Of a stretch of DNA of 43,612 nt, positions 7,307-15,800 are shown one piece after another. Below the pieces are notes generated by a model, which saw nothing but the letters and a program-made list of their open reading frames with translations, did not search any database and had not been told where the DNA came from. How positions within the stretch are numbered: the stretch's first letter is position 1; the number at the start of each line of letters is the position of its first letter. The DNA is from a virus: IMG/VR virus record IMGVR_UViG_3300049573_000103, positions 1-43,612 of that record; one strand, written 5' to 3'. The translations under genes and the position numbers were made by a program.

Positions 7307-8066
7307 GGGCTGAAACCTCCGGGTCAGGCGTGGCGGGGGCGCCGGTGGCAAGCTGAGCCATCGGTAACTTGCGGAGCGTTTCGTGATGGGTGCGCAGTTC
7401 GCGCAGGGTGTTCGGGCTCCAGCGCGGCCGGCCGGTGGGGCTGGGGATGGAACGTCCGTTCAGCATGTCCGCGACGCGGCGCAGGCTGATGCCGTGCTCC
7501 AGGTCATCCACCACGTCATCGCGCACCGGCCACGTTTCCGGGTCGCGCATCAGCCGGCGCTCGTCGCCCTCGCCCACCGCCACGCAACCGAACGGCACGT
7601 GGCCGTACACCCTGCCCTGCTCGCGAAGCGCGGCGTTGCACTCGGTGGCGCGCTGCACGGCCAGGTCGCGCTCGTACTGCGCAGCGGCCAGCTGAATGGT
7701 CAGGCTGAGCTTGCCGGCCGGCGTGCTGGAGTCGATCAGCTCGCTGATGCTGTGCACGGTGGCGCCGGTGCGCTCGGCCGTGCGGAAGAACGTGAGGCCG
7801 TCCAGCGCATCGCGGAACAGGCGGTCCAGGCGGATCACCACCACGCCCTGCGCGGCGCCGGCTTTCAGCGCGTCCAGCACCTGCCGGCCCCCTGCCCGCT
7901 TGGCCAGCGGCACGCTGGCACTCACGCCTTCGTCGGCGATCGCGTCCACCAGCGTGTGGCCGTGCAGGTCGCAATAGGCGATCAGGCGCGCGGTCTGCTG
8001 GCCCAGGCTCACGCCATCCTTGGCCTGCTCCTCGGTGGAGACGCGGATGTAGCCGATCAGCTTCAT
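7299..8066 (-). CDS. Serine recombinase (resolvase-type catalytic domain plus a recombinase domain; only 255 aa)
   Basis: MKLIGYIRVSTEEQAKDG... carries the catalytic Ser motif. It also has LDRLFRD and a C-terminal region like the large-serine-recombinase 'recombinase' domain (YGHVPFG...LNGRSIPSPTGRPRWSPNTL). I saw no zinc-ribbon or coiled-coil region. Confidence 0.9.
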   Translation of the reverse strand: MKLIGYIRVSTEEQAKDGVSLGQQTARLIAYCDLHGHTLVDAIADEGVSASVPLAKRAGGRQVLDALKAGAAQGVVVIRLDRLFRDALDGLTFFRTAERTGATVHSISELIDSSTPAGKLSLTIQLAAAQYERDLAVQRATECNAALREQGRVYGHVPFGCVAVGEGDERRLMRDPETWPVRDDVVDDLEHGISLRRVADMLNGRSIPSPTGRPRWSPNTLRELRTHHETLRKLPMAQLATGAPATPDPEVSAHV

Positions 8067-8359
8067 GCGGCTGCCCATATGCGTGGAATGGAAACGCGCC
8101 GGGCAAAGGCGCCAGTGGGCAGCCGAACATCCAGCGTGCGCCGCGGTGCACGCGCCGCCGCAGGAAAAATGTCCTCGATGTCGATATTGGGGAGCAGCTT
8201 GGTGATCGCGATCGCGCGCCGCGGCGACGGATGGTTGCGGTTGCATTCCCAGTCCGAAACGGCCTGCTTGGTCACGCCCAGCAGATCGGCAAGCGCCTGT
8301 TGCGTGAGGTTGGCGGCTTCCCGCGCATCGCGCAGGGCGGCGTTGGGCAAGGATTTCAT
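8063..8359 (-). CDS. XRE-family HTH protein (second copy of a tandem pair)
   Basis: MKSLPNAALRDAREAANLTQQALADLLGVTKQAVSDWECNRNHPSPRRAIAITKLLPNIDIEDIF. There are ATGA overlaps on both sides. Confidence 0.8.
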   Translation of the reverse strand: MKSLPNAALRDAREAANLTQQALADLLGVTKQAVSDWECNRNHPSPRRAIAITKLLPNIDIEDIFPAAARAPRRTLDVRLPTGAFARRVSIPRIWAAA

Positions 8360-8580
8360 GCGGCCGCCCTGCCCGACTCGGTCGGATAGATATGCTCGAT
8401 CTTGAGTCCCGGCAGCAGGCGGATCAGCGCCAGCGCCTTGCGCGGCGCCGGTTCGTCCGTGCCTGTCTCCCACCGCGACACCGCTCCCTTGCTGACGCCA
8501 AGGGCATCGGCGACGTTCTGCTGCGTGAGGCTTTTGCGCAGGCGCGCCTCTTTGATCGGATTGGGTTTCGCTGTGCTCAT
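8356..8580 (-). CDS. Cro-like XRE-family HTH protein (first gene of the minus-strand early operon)
   Basis: MSTAKPNPIKEARLRKSLTQQNVADALGVSKGAVSRWETGTDEPAPRKALALIRLLPGLKIEHIY. It is divergent from the CI-like gene and paralogous to 8063..8359. Confidence 0.8.
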   Translation of the reverse strand: MSTAKPNPIKEARLRKSLTQQNVADALGVSKGAVSRWETGTDEPAPRKALALIRLLPGLKIEHIYPTESGRAAA

Positions 8581-8659
8581 AGCTGAAGTTTCGGACAGCG
8601 CAACCCATTTGTCAAGTACAGCGCAACCACAAAGTTGCGCGCCTCTATACGCTTGCCGC
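8581..8659. promoter_or_regulatory. Divergent immunity switch region with operator-like repeats
   Basis: Palindrome GCGCAAC-N6-GTTGCGC at 8621-8640. The 11-bp direct repeat ACAGCGCAACC occurs at 8595-8605 and 8618-8628. On the minus strand there is a TTGACA at 8615-8610, and 17 nt further a GAAACT ending 6 nt before the cro-like ATG. Confidence 0.55.
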
Positions 8660-9010
8660 ATGAACACATTCGGCGGGCGGCTGCGAGCCGCTAGACATAA
8701 CGCCAACCTGACTCAGGAGCGCTTGGGGGAGCGCGTAGGGGTGAGCAAAGGCGCCATCTCCCGATGGGAGAGCGATCAGGACCAACCGCAGTTCGCGGTG
8801 CTGGAGCCACTTCGGTGCGCGCTGCGGGTTTCGCTTGACGAGCTGGTTTGTGGTTACATGCAAGGCACGGCTGGCGGCGTGGCGGACCCCTACGCCAAAC
8901 GCGACCCACCCAACACCGCTGAGTGGGCGCTGCTCATCCATCTTCGCCGCGAACCACCGTCAAAGCTTGGCGCGTTGCTGGAGTTTCTCGGGGTCCAGGT
9001 CGAATACTGA
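8660..9010 (+). CDS. CI-like repressor (XRE HTH; no S24 peptidase domain)
   Basis: MNTFGGRLRAARHNANLTQERLGERVGVSKGAISRWESDQDQP... is 116 aa and divergent from the cro-like gene. Confidence 0.8.
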   Translation: MNTFGGRLRAARHNANLTQERLGERVGVSKGAISRWESDQDQPQFAVLEPLRCALRVSLDELVCGYMQGTAGGVADPYAKRDPPNTAEWALLIHLRREPPSKLGALLEFLGVQVEY

Positions 9011-9027
9011 AAAATCAGGAGACAGGG

Positions 9028-9594
9028 ATGAGAATTCCGTTGGTGATGCTGTTGGTTTCGATCAGCACTATCGCGATGGCCGCACCGCCCGCGTCTGTGC
9101 AGGATCTGGCCGGCGCGCTGGCTGCGCCTCGCGATGCATGCGCGCAACAGGCACAGCGCGCGGCATCGGATGCGAGCACGGCCAATTACAAGGCGGGTCT
9201 GGATCTTCAGAACGCCCAGCTGCAGGCCGAGCTGGATGCTCGCGTTTACAGTGTGGGACATGGTCGCAGGGAAACGCGCGACTTCCTGCTGGAGCGGACA
9301 CGGCAGACCAATGCCGATTCGATCGCAACGACCCAACGCATCGCCGACAAGCTGCATGCCGATAGCCAGGCCGTGCTCGCCTGCGTAGCGGACGCCAAGG
9401 CGCAGGGGAAAACCCTGTACTCGACGTTCAAGGCCGACAAGCGCCACCACCGCGACATGCCTGAGGCCGAGGCGCTGATGACAGCATGGCTGACCAACGT
9501 GGCGGAAATCAGCACCAATCAGCCGCAGGGCAGCGACGAGTCGCTGGCGGGGTGGAAGAAGGCGAAGACGCACACGGAAGTGGCTGGTTTGTGA
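9028..9594 (+). CDS. Secreted protein (signal peptide); moron downstream of the repressor
   Basis: ATG 9028 follows AGGAGA. MRIPLVMLLVSISTIAMA|AP is signal-peptide-like. Local GC is lower than in the flanks. Confidence 0.75.
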   Translation: MRIPLVMLLVSISTIAMAAPPASVQDLAGALAAPRDACAQQAQRAASDASTANYKAGLDLQNAQLQAELDARVYSVGHGRRETRDFLLERTRQTNADSIATTQRIADKLHADSQAVLACVADAKAQGKTLYSTFKADKRHHRDMPEAEALMTAWLTNVAEISTNQPQGSDESLAGWKKAKTHTEVAGL

Positions 9595-9665
9595 TGCGGT
9601 ATCGTGCTTTCGACGCCAAGCGCCAGGCGGCGTTGTTGGAATTGATGAAGCCGTAGGAGAAAGCG

Positions 9666-10082
9666 ATGAAGGGAACTATCTTGATCATGGCATCGGCGCT
9701 GGTTCTTGCCGGGTGCGCGGCAGCACCATCTGCCGACAAGATTGCGGCGGCTGACTACGGTTCACCGATCAGCACGGCTGAGGCGGCGCAGCTAGCCACC
9801 GACTACATGAAACGCACGGCGAAAGACCCATATTCATTGATGGTGGAATGTGGCGATGTCACAAAAGGGTGGACGCAAAACAAGATTTCTGCGCGCAGTT
9901 TCTTCGCCGGTTATCTAATCGACTGCAGCGTCAACGGGAAAAATAGTTTCGGTGCCTACGTCGGTGCGAGGAACTATCGTTTCTCGATCCACAACGGGCA
10001 AATCGTCAGCGTGCTCGAACAGATGGATAACGGCTCTTTCGGTCCGCCAAGCATTGTCGACGCGTTGCGGAACGCACGGTAA
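9666..10082 (+). CDS. Lipoprotein; moron
   Basis: MKGTILIMASALVLAGC carries a lipobox. The gene is preceded by AGGAGA and is lower in GC. It converges on the spanin gene with a 5-nt gap. Confidence 0.8.
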   Translation: MKGTILIMASALVLAGCAAAPSADKIAAADYGSPISTAEAAQLATDYMKRTAKDPYSLMVECGDVTKGWTQNKISARSFFAGYLIDCSVNGKNSFGAYVGARNYRFSIHNGQIVSVLEQMDNGSFGPPSIVDALRNAR

Positions 10083-10087
10083 TAGCG

Positions 10088-10399
10088 TCACCGCTCCGCC
10101 TTCGCGCACTCCGCCGTCACCGGCACTTTCGCCGCCGTCTGCCACCACCACACCAGGCACTCCATGCGCACGGCGCAGCGGGTATAGGCAGAGCGCCAGG
10201 CCGCCCCGTTCTCCACGATGTCACGCACCTGCGCGGTGCGGCGCACGGTAGCCGCCGTGCACAACTGCATCAGCGACACCGGCGGCGTGAGCAGCTCAAT
10301 CTTTGTGCGGGTGGTGACCTGGGGCGCAGGGGCGACCGTCGAGCACGCAGCCAACATCATCAGGCACGGCAAGATCCAGTAGCGATTTGGCTGCAGCAT
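10088..10399 (-). CDS. o-spanin (Rz1-like outer-membrane lipoprotein), overlapped architecture
   Basis: ATG 10399 is preceded by GGAGAGGA. MLQPNRYWILPCLMMLAAC carries a lipobox and is followed by a Pro-rich stretch. The gene starts inside the i-spanin gene in another frame and ends beyond it. Confidence 0.7.
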   Translation of the reverse strand: MLQPNRYWILPCLMMLAACSTVAPAPQVTTRTKIELLTPPVSLMQLCTAATVRRTAQVRDIVENGAAWRSAYTRCAVRMECLVWWWQTAAKVPVTAECAKAER

Positions 10400-10751
10400 T
10401 GGTCCTCTCCAGCTCGGCGAGCTTGGTGCGAATGGCGGCATCCTGCGCGGTGGCGTGGCCCAGGCGTTGCTGCAGCCCGTCCAGCGCCTTGCTGTCGGTT
10501 TCGCGCAGGGCCTTGAGCCCGGCAATGGCCGCGTCCTGGTCGCGGTTGGCCTGCACTTGCTGGTTGAGCGTGGCGGCCATGCCGCCCAGCTGTCCGCTGA
10601 GGTCGGTGACGGTGCGCGCCAGGCGGTGCCGCTGCAGGGTGCTGCTGACCGCGTAGCCGGCCAGCGCCACCACCAAGGCGATCAGCGCGTACTCGATCCA
10701 CAGGCGCGCTCGCGCGCCGACAAAGGCCAGGGCCTTACTGAGTAGGTTCAT
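10296..10751 (-). CDS. i-spanin (Rz-like)
   Basis: It has an N-terminal TM segment (LWIEYALIALVVALAGYAV) followed by a coiled-coil-like periplasmic domain. It sits after the holin and endolysin. Confidence 0.75.
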   Translation of the reverse strand: MNLLSKALAFVGARARLWIEYALIALVVALAGYAVSSTLQRHRLARTVTDLSGQLGGMAATLNQQVQANRDQDAAIAGLKALRETDSKALDGLQQRLGHATAQDAAIRTKLAELERTNAAAKSLLDLAVPDDVGCVLDGRPCAPGHHPHKD

Positions 10752-11094
10752 CGTCGTGACTCCGGTTCAAGCCGAGCTTGTTCCACACGAGCCGTTGCAA
10801 TACCTGGATGCTGGCCGAGGCGCCCAGCCAGCCGCACACGCCCACGGTCACCGCGGTCCATTGCTGGCTCAGGCCCGCGGACTGGCACAGCCACATCGCG
10901 AGCAGGCCGACAAAGCCGGCCGACGAGCCCTCCACCAGCGCCCGCCAGCCGCTCAGGCGCGCGCCGCTGTCCATGGTGCGCATGATGTAGCCCAGCACGC
11001 CGGCCACCGCGGCGAAGAACGAGTACGCCGCCGCCTGCAGCCAGCCACCGGCGGCGAGCAACCAGCCACTGAGCGGGCCGCCCGGCTCGATCAT
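10735..11094 (-). CDS. Holin candidate (3 predicted TM segments)
   Basis: 119 aa from ATG 11094, with an ATGA overlap on the endolysin stop. Three hydrophobic stretches are followed by a charged C-terminus. Confidence 0.65.
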   Translation of the reverse strand: MIEPGGPLSGWLLAAGGWLQAAAYSFFAAVAGVLGYIMRTMDSGARLSGWRALVEGSSAGFVGLLAMWLCQSAGLSQQWTAVTVGVCGWLGASASIQVLQRLVWNKLGLNRSHDDEPTQ

Positions 11095-11720
11095 GCGGCG
11101 GTGGCCAGGTAGGTCTTGGGCGTGGCGATCGGCGCGCGCGGTGCTGGCGCGATGCCGCCCAGCGCCATCACGTAGGCGCGGTCGATCACGCCGGTGTCGT
11201 CCGCCTGTGCGCCGTCCTGCTGGCCCATCACGCGCTGGGTCCAGCCCTTGCCGAACGCATCGAACGTGGGCAGGCCGCGCAGGAACTGCAGCCGCGCGTG
11301 GCACAGCGCATCGGTGAGCGCGGTGGCCTGGTATTGCGCGTCATAGCGCACCGCCGCGGCCAGCGTGACGCGCCCGGCCACGCCATCCTCCTCCACGCCC
11401 ACGATGCGCTGCAGCGTGCGTACGGCGCGGCCCACGCCACTGTTCACGGCGAAATCGAATACGGCGTAGTCCACGCCAGCCGGCAGCTCGTCGCCGCGCG
11501 TGGTGGCCCAGTAGCGGCGGCGGTAGATCGCCGCGCGCTCGGCTTCGGTGCTCAGCCGCACGCTCTGCGGGGGCAGGCGCCGCGCCTCGCGGTCCTCGTC
11601 GTACACGCGCTGGGTGATGCCGCACATGGTGGCGCCACCGGGGTCGCGCGGATGGTTGCTCCAGCCGCCCTCATAGACCAAGGTCAGGGCCAGGCACGTG
11701 GGGAAGTGGGCGGCGCTCAT
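11091..11720 (-). CDS. Endolysin, GH108-like N-terminal domain with a peptidoglycan-binding C-terminal region
   Basis: LTLVYEGGWSNHPRDPGGATMCGITQRVYD matches my recollection of the GH108 signature (EGG...D.GG.T..GIT). It is 209 aa from ATG 11720. Confidence 0.85.
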   Translation of the reverse strand: MSAAHFPTCLALTLVYEGGWSNHPRDPGGATMCGITQRVYDEDREARRLPPQSVRLSTEAERAAIYRRRYWATTRGDELPAGVDYAVFDFAVNSGVGRAVRTLQRIVGVEEDGVAGRVTLAAAVRYDAQYQATALTDALCHARLQFLRGLPTFDAFGKGWTQRVMGQQDGAQADDTGVIDRAYVMALGGIAPAPRAPIATPKTYLATAA

Positions 11721-11808
11721 GGCGGCCAGCGTGGCGGCCAGCGCGCGCCGAATCCATGCGGGGATGTGCCAGCCGGTGGCGGGCGTTATGCTCCGGTGAT
11801 GGTCAAGG

Positions 11809-11982
11809 TCAGCGGCCCTTGCTGCTGGCCGCGATCGCCGCACGCACCGCATCCTGCCAGCGCTGCGACGCATCCGTGCGCGCCTCCAGGGCCGTCACGC
11901 GCGCCTGCAGCGCGCGCACCGCGCGGCGGGCGGCCACCGCCACTACCGCCAGCACACCCAGCACCACCAGCGCGCCGATCAT
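11809..11982 (-). CDS. Small TM protein (57 aa) upstream of the endolysin; possible second holin, antiholin or lysis regulator
   Basis: This ORF is not in the track (under 60 aa). Manual translation from ATG 11982, which forms an ATGA overlap with the upstream stop, gives MIGALVVLGVLAVVAVAARRAVRALQARVTALEARTDASQRWQDAVRAAIAASSKGR. Confidence 0.45.
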   Translation of the reverse strand: MIGALVVLGVLAVVAVAARRAVRALQARVTALEARTDASQRWQDAVRAAIAASSKGR

Positions 11983-12287
11983 GGCAGCGGATCCCGCGAC
12001 AGCACGATGCGCTCGCGGGCGAGCTGCGCGACGTAGCCGGCGGCGACCGGCGAGACGGTGCCGGAGAACGACTGCAGCAGAGTGCCGGCACTGTCGTGCG
12101 AGTACACCCGGTGCAGGTTATCCAGCAGGCCGGCGCTGTTGAGGCGCACCGCCTGCGTGAACAATTGGTCGGCCAGCGCGGCGTCGTCCAATGCCTGCAC
12201 GTCCACGCCGACGATGAAACTGGTCAGCATCGCCAGGTCGTCGGGGTTCACGTTGGCGAGGAAGGTGGGGTAGTCGATGATGGTCAT
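11979..12287 (-). CDS. Hypothetical protein downstream of the tail fibre genes
   Basis: ATG 12287 is preceded by TAAGGAGA. MTIIDYPTFLANVNPDDLAMLTSFIVGVDVQ... Confidence 0.7.
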   Translation of the reverse strand: MTIIDYPTFLANVNPDDLAMLTSFIVGVDVQALDDAALADQLFTQAVRLNSAGLLDNLHRVYSHDSAGTLLQSFSGTVSPVAAGYVAQLARERIVLSRDPLP

Positions 12288-12297
12288 GGCGGTCTCC

Positions 12298-12810
12298 TTA
12301 CAATCCGAGGTCGGCGAGTTTTGCGGCGGTGTCGATCTGCATCTCCAGCGCGTCGGCAAAGCTCTGCGCGGCTTGCGTCAGGCATCCCTGCGCATAAATC
12401 CACGCCTTGCCTGCCGTGGTGTCGAAGTAGCCGGCGCCGTAGGCCGGCATGCCAGTGGGGTCGCCACTGCCGCTGGACCAGCCATCGGGCAAATGGCCCG
12501 CGTCGATCGTGGTGCCGGCATCGGGCACGTAACGCACCCAGGCGTCGTACAACGCATGCGTGCCGGCGAGCACGCCGGAGAGCTGCACGCTGCGCTGGCC
12601 ATCCTGCGTGGCAATGGGTGCTGCCGTGGCCGGGTCGAGCACGGGCAGGCCCTGGGCGTCGATGGCGTAGGCCCAACCGGCCACCACCAGGTTATGGCTG
12701 TCGTTGCTCACCGTGGCCAGCGGCACGCGCGCAAAGCCGTGGGCCGTGGTGAAGTCGAAAACCGGCTTGCCGGCGGGGCGGTTGGGGATGGTGTCGATGA
12801 TCGTGCTCAT
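12298..12810 (-). CDS. Hypothetical protein immediately downstream of the tail fibre (possibly a fibre accessory or assembly protein)
   Basis: This is the real part of ORF 12298..13230, from ATG 12810 (MSTIIDTIPNRPAGKPVFDFTTAHGF...). The functional hint comes from position only. Confidence 0.65.
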   Translation of the reverse strand: MSTIIDTIPNRPAGKPVFDFTTAHGFARVPLATVSNDSHNLVVAGWAYAIDAQGLPVLDPATAAPIATQDGQRSVQLSGVLAGTHALYDAWVRYVPDAGTTIDAGHLPDGWSSGSGDPTGMPAYGAGYFDTTAGKAWIYAQGCLTQAAQSFADALEMQIDTAAKLADLGL

Positions 12811-12812
12811 GG

Positions 12813-15800
12813 CTATTTCTTGATCCCGTTGTGAGAGGAAATCCGCTGGTGCGCCTTGGCGCCGGCGAAGAACGAATGCCCGCCGACACTGATGCGCACC
12901 ACCTCGCGCAAGCCGATCGGCTGCACGGGTTGCGCAATGAACCAGCCATCGTCGGTGAGGATGGTGCCGCCGGTCATGTCCGGCGCCATCGCGCTCATGC
13001 CGTCGCGCAAGGTGAACGGCGTGGTGACACTGCAATCGAGCGTCGCGCCAGATGGTGCCGTGATCCGCACGGCGGGGGCTACGATGATGCGGGGCCGATA
13101 GCGCACGAATCGACGCTTGCCATCGCTGCACAGCAGGCGGGGGCGGAATACCCAGTGCCACCAACGCCATCCGCGAGCGAGGTCGCCGGCCGTCAGGCCA
13201 TCGCGCAGCAGCATGTCTGCGCATACGCAACCGTCGATCAGGCCGCCGCCGCCACTGCTGCCGCTGCTCGGGATCGTCACCTGGCCGCCGAGCACCGCGT
13301 CGTCGTAGCCCAGCGCGAGCAGCGCCTGACCTGAGCCTTCCACCGCGAACCAGGTCTTGCTGCCGCCGGCGCCACCGGGGTCTCGGCAGTAGATCTGATA
13401 AGTATGCCCTTGCGTGAGTCCGGTCACCGCCGAGGTCACCGCGCTATAGCTCACCGTGGCGCCGCCCATGCTCACGTTGAACGCATTCACGTCGACGGCG
13501 CCGGTGCTGTAGGCGGTCAGCGCGGTGGTGTTGCGTGCGGCGCCGTAGTTGAGGGTCAGGGAGTTGGGGGCGTTGAGCTGGTTGCCGAGCACCGCGCCAC
13601 TGCTGGCCACCCCGAGCTTGTGCAAGCCGCCGGATAGTTCGATGCCCTTGATGCGCGCGTAGGTACCGCCGTCGGAGATGTTGTCGACGTTCTTGCCAGC
13701 GTGGCCGCCGGCCGTGTTGTCACCGAAATCCGCATAGGCCTTCACGCCGCCGTTGGGTACCGTGGCGAGGTTTCCAAACTGCGTCGCGTTGTCCTGGTAG
13801 GGCGTGGCAACGCTACCCAGCTCAAGCTTGATGTTGCGCCAGCCAATGACGCTGCTTGAGGACATGGTTCCAGAGAAGCGCACCACCAATTGGATGCTAG
13901 CCGTGCCAGCCGCGGTCGTTGCGGTGGCGGTATACCGCTTCATCGGCTGGCCATTCGTGGCCACGATGATGGGGCGATTTCCGGAGTCGATCTCGGTGCC
14001 GGACGAGTTCATGAAGCGAAGCTGCACAATCATCGTGCCCGTTGCGACCATGCGCGGATCCATGTCCGCGGAGATAGTCACCGGCACGCTGCTCGCGGCC
14101 TGAGGAATCGTTGTCGTAAAACCCTGGTCGACGCTGCCCGTGCCCGGATTTACGCATGCGAACATGGGGCCGGCGTTGCCGAACAGTTCGGTGCGCGTGG
14201 CCATCTGCTGCTGGGATCCACCTACCCAGCTGAACCCTGGCAGGCCGCTGAAGCCGAGAGCGCCCGTGGGGTTCGGCATCAGATTTTGGCCGGGTTGCGC
14301 GATGCCCGTTTGTGCGGTTGGGTTATAGATCGCGCCGAACTTGGTGGTGCCATCCGGCACTTCGTCGAGGCTGCTGGGGTACTGCGTGCACGCCACGTTG
14401 TCCACGTAATACGTGCCCGCCGTGTGGCCGTTGGTGACAAGGATCGTGCGCGCGTAGACCGTGCCTGCCGGCGCAGCGCCGACTGCAAAGGAGCCGGCTG
14501 TCGTCGTCCCGGTGACTTGGTTTCCGGGGGTGGTCGTGATTTCGCCGCCCGACGCATTGCACCAGCTCACAGCGATGTAGCACGAGCCGTTCGCGCCGAC
14601 CGCCTTGACCAGCGCCTGCGTCTTGTAGACCTGACCCGGATTGCATGCGGCGAGCCCGCCGTTGCGGTACACCCGCACGCCACCAGACCCAGCAGGATGC
14701 AGCGCCGAATTCGGGCCGATGCCCGGCGTGTTGCCTGCCGTGTCGATCGTCCAGCCACTGCCGCTGTCCGCCGTCCAGCCATAGCCCGTGGGCGCGATGT
14801 CGAAACCGCCGTTGATGACGGGTAGCTGCGACACCTGACCCGTCGCGGTGTTGGCCGTCGCCTGTGCCGCATCAGCCTTCGATTTCGCGGCGGCGTAGAT
14901 CGCGTTCAACAAGGCCTGCCGCGTGGTGTACACGTCGGAGAACTTCGACCGGAACGTAGTACCAGTGATCGTCGTGTTGCCTGCCTGACTGTTCCATGCG
15001 GTCGGTGCGGTGAGCGTGCCGAGATAGGCCGTGAGCGCCGAGACGGCGTTGTCGTAGGCGGTTTTTTCGGTGGTGATCGCGTAGGTCGTCGCCTGCGCGT
15101 CGATGCCGGCCTGCTCGCTTGTGATGACCGCGTAGTCTTGAATCACTGCAGACTTCTCGCCGCCGGCACTCAGCACGTTGTCGCTGGCGATACTGGCGAG
15201 CGCGCTGTTCGCGGTGTTGGCCGCCGTCTGCGCGTTGTTGGCTGCCGTCTGCGCCATAGCGGCGTTGGTGACTGCCGTGTTGGCCGTGCTTTGCGCTGCA
15301 TCAGCCTTCGACTTGGCGGCGGCGTAGATAGCGTTAAGCAGCGCGGTCTTGGCTGTGTAGACCGTCGTCCAGTTGCTGTCCCATGTGGCGCGCGTGATCG
15401 CCGTGGTGCCGGTGATGCCGGTCCACACGAACGACGCATCCAGCACGCCGACCGTCGTCTTGAGGTAGTTCTTCAGCGCCGTGATGGCGCCGTCGTAATT
15501 GGTTTTCTCGGTGGTGATCCCGTAGCTGGTGGCCTGGGCGTCGATGCCGGATTGCTCGGCGGTGAGCGTGTTGTAGCGCTGCTTCGACTGGACCTTCTCA
15601 TCGGCCGTCAGCTTGCCGTCGCTGGCGATGTCCGTCAGCTGATTGAGCGCAGTAGCGGCATCGGCGCTGGCCGCATTGGCTTCGGCCTGGGCCGCCGCCG
15701 CCGCGGCTTCGATCGAGAACGCGGTGGCCGTCGACCCCTGCTCAAACTTCACGCGGCGCCATGCGAGCGTCGTCCATATGGCGCCAGTGGCCACCACGCG

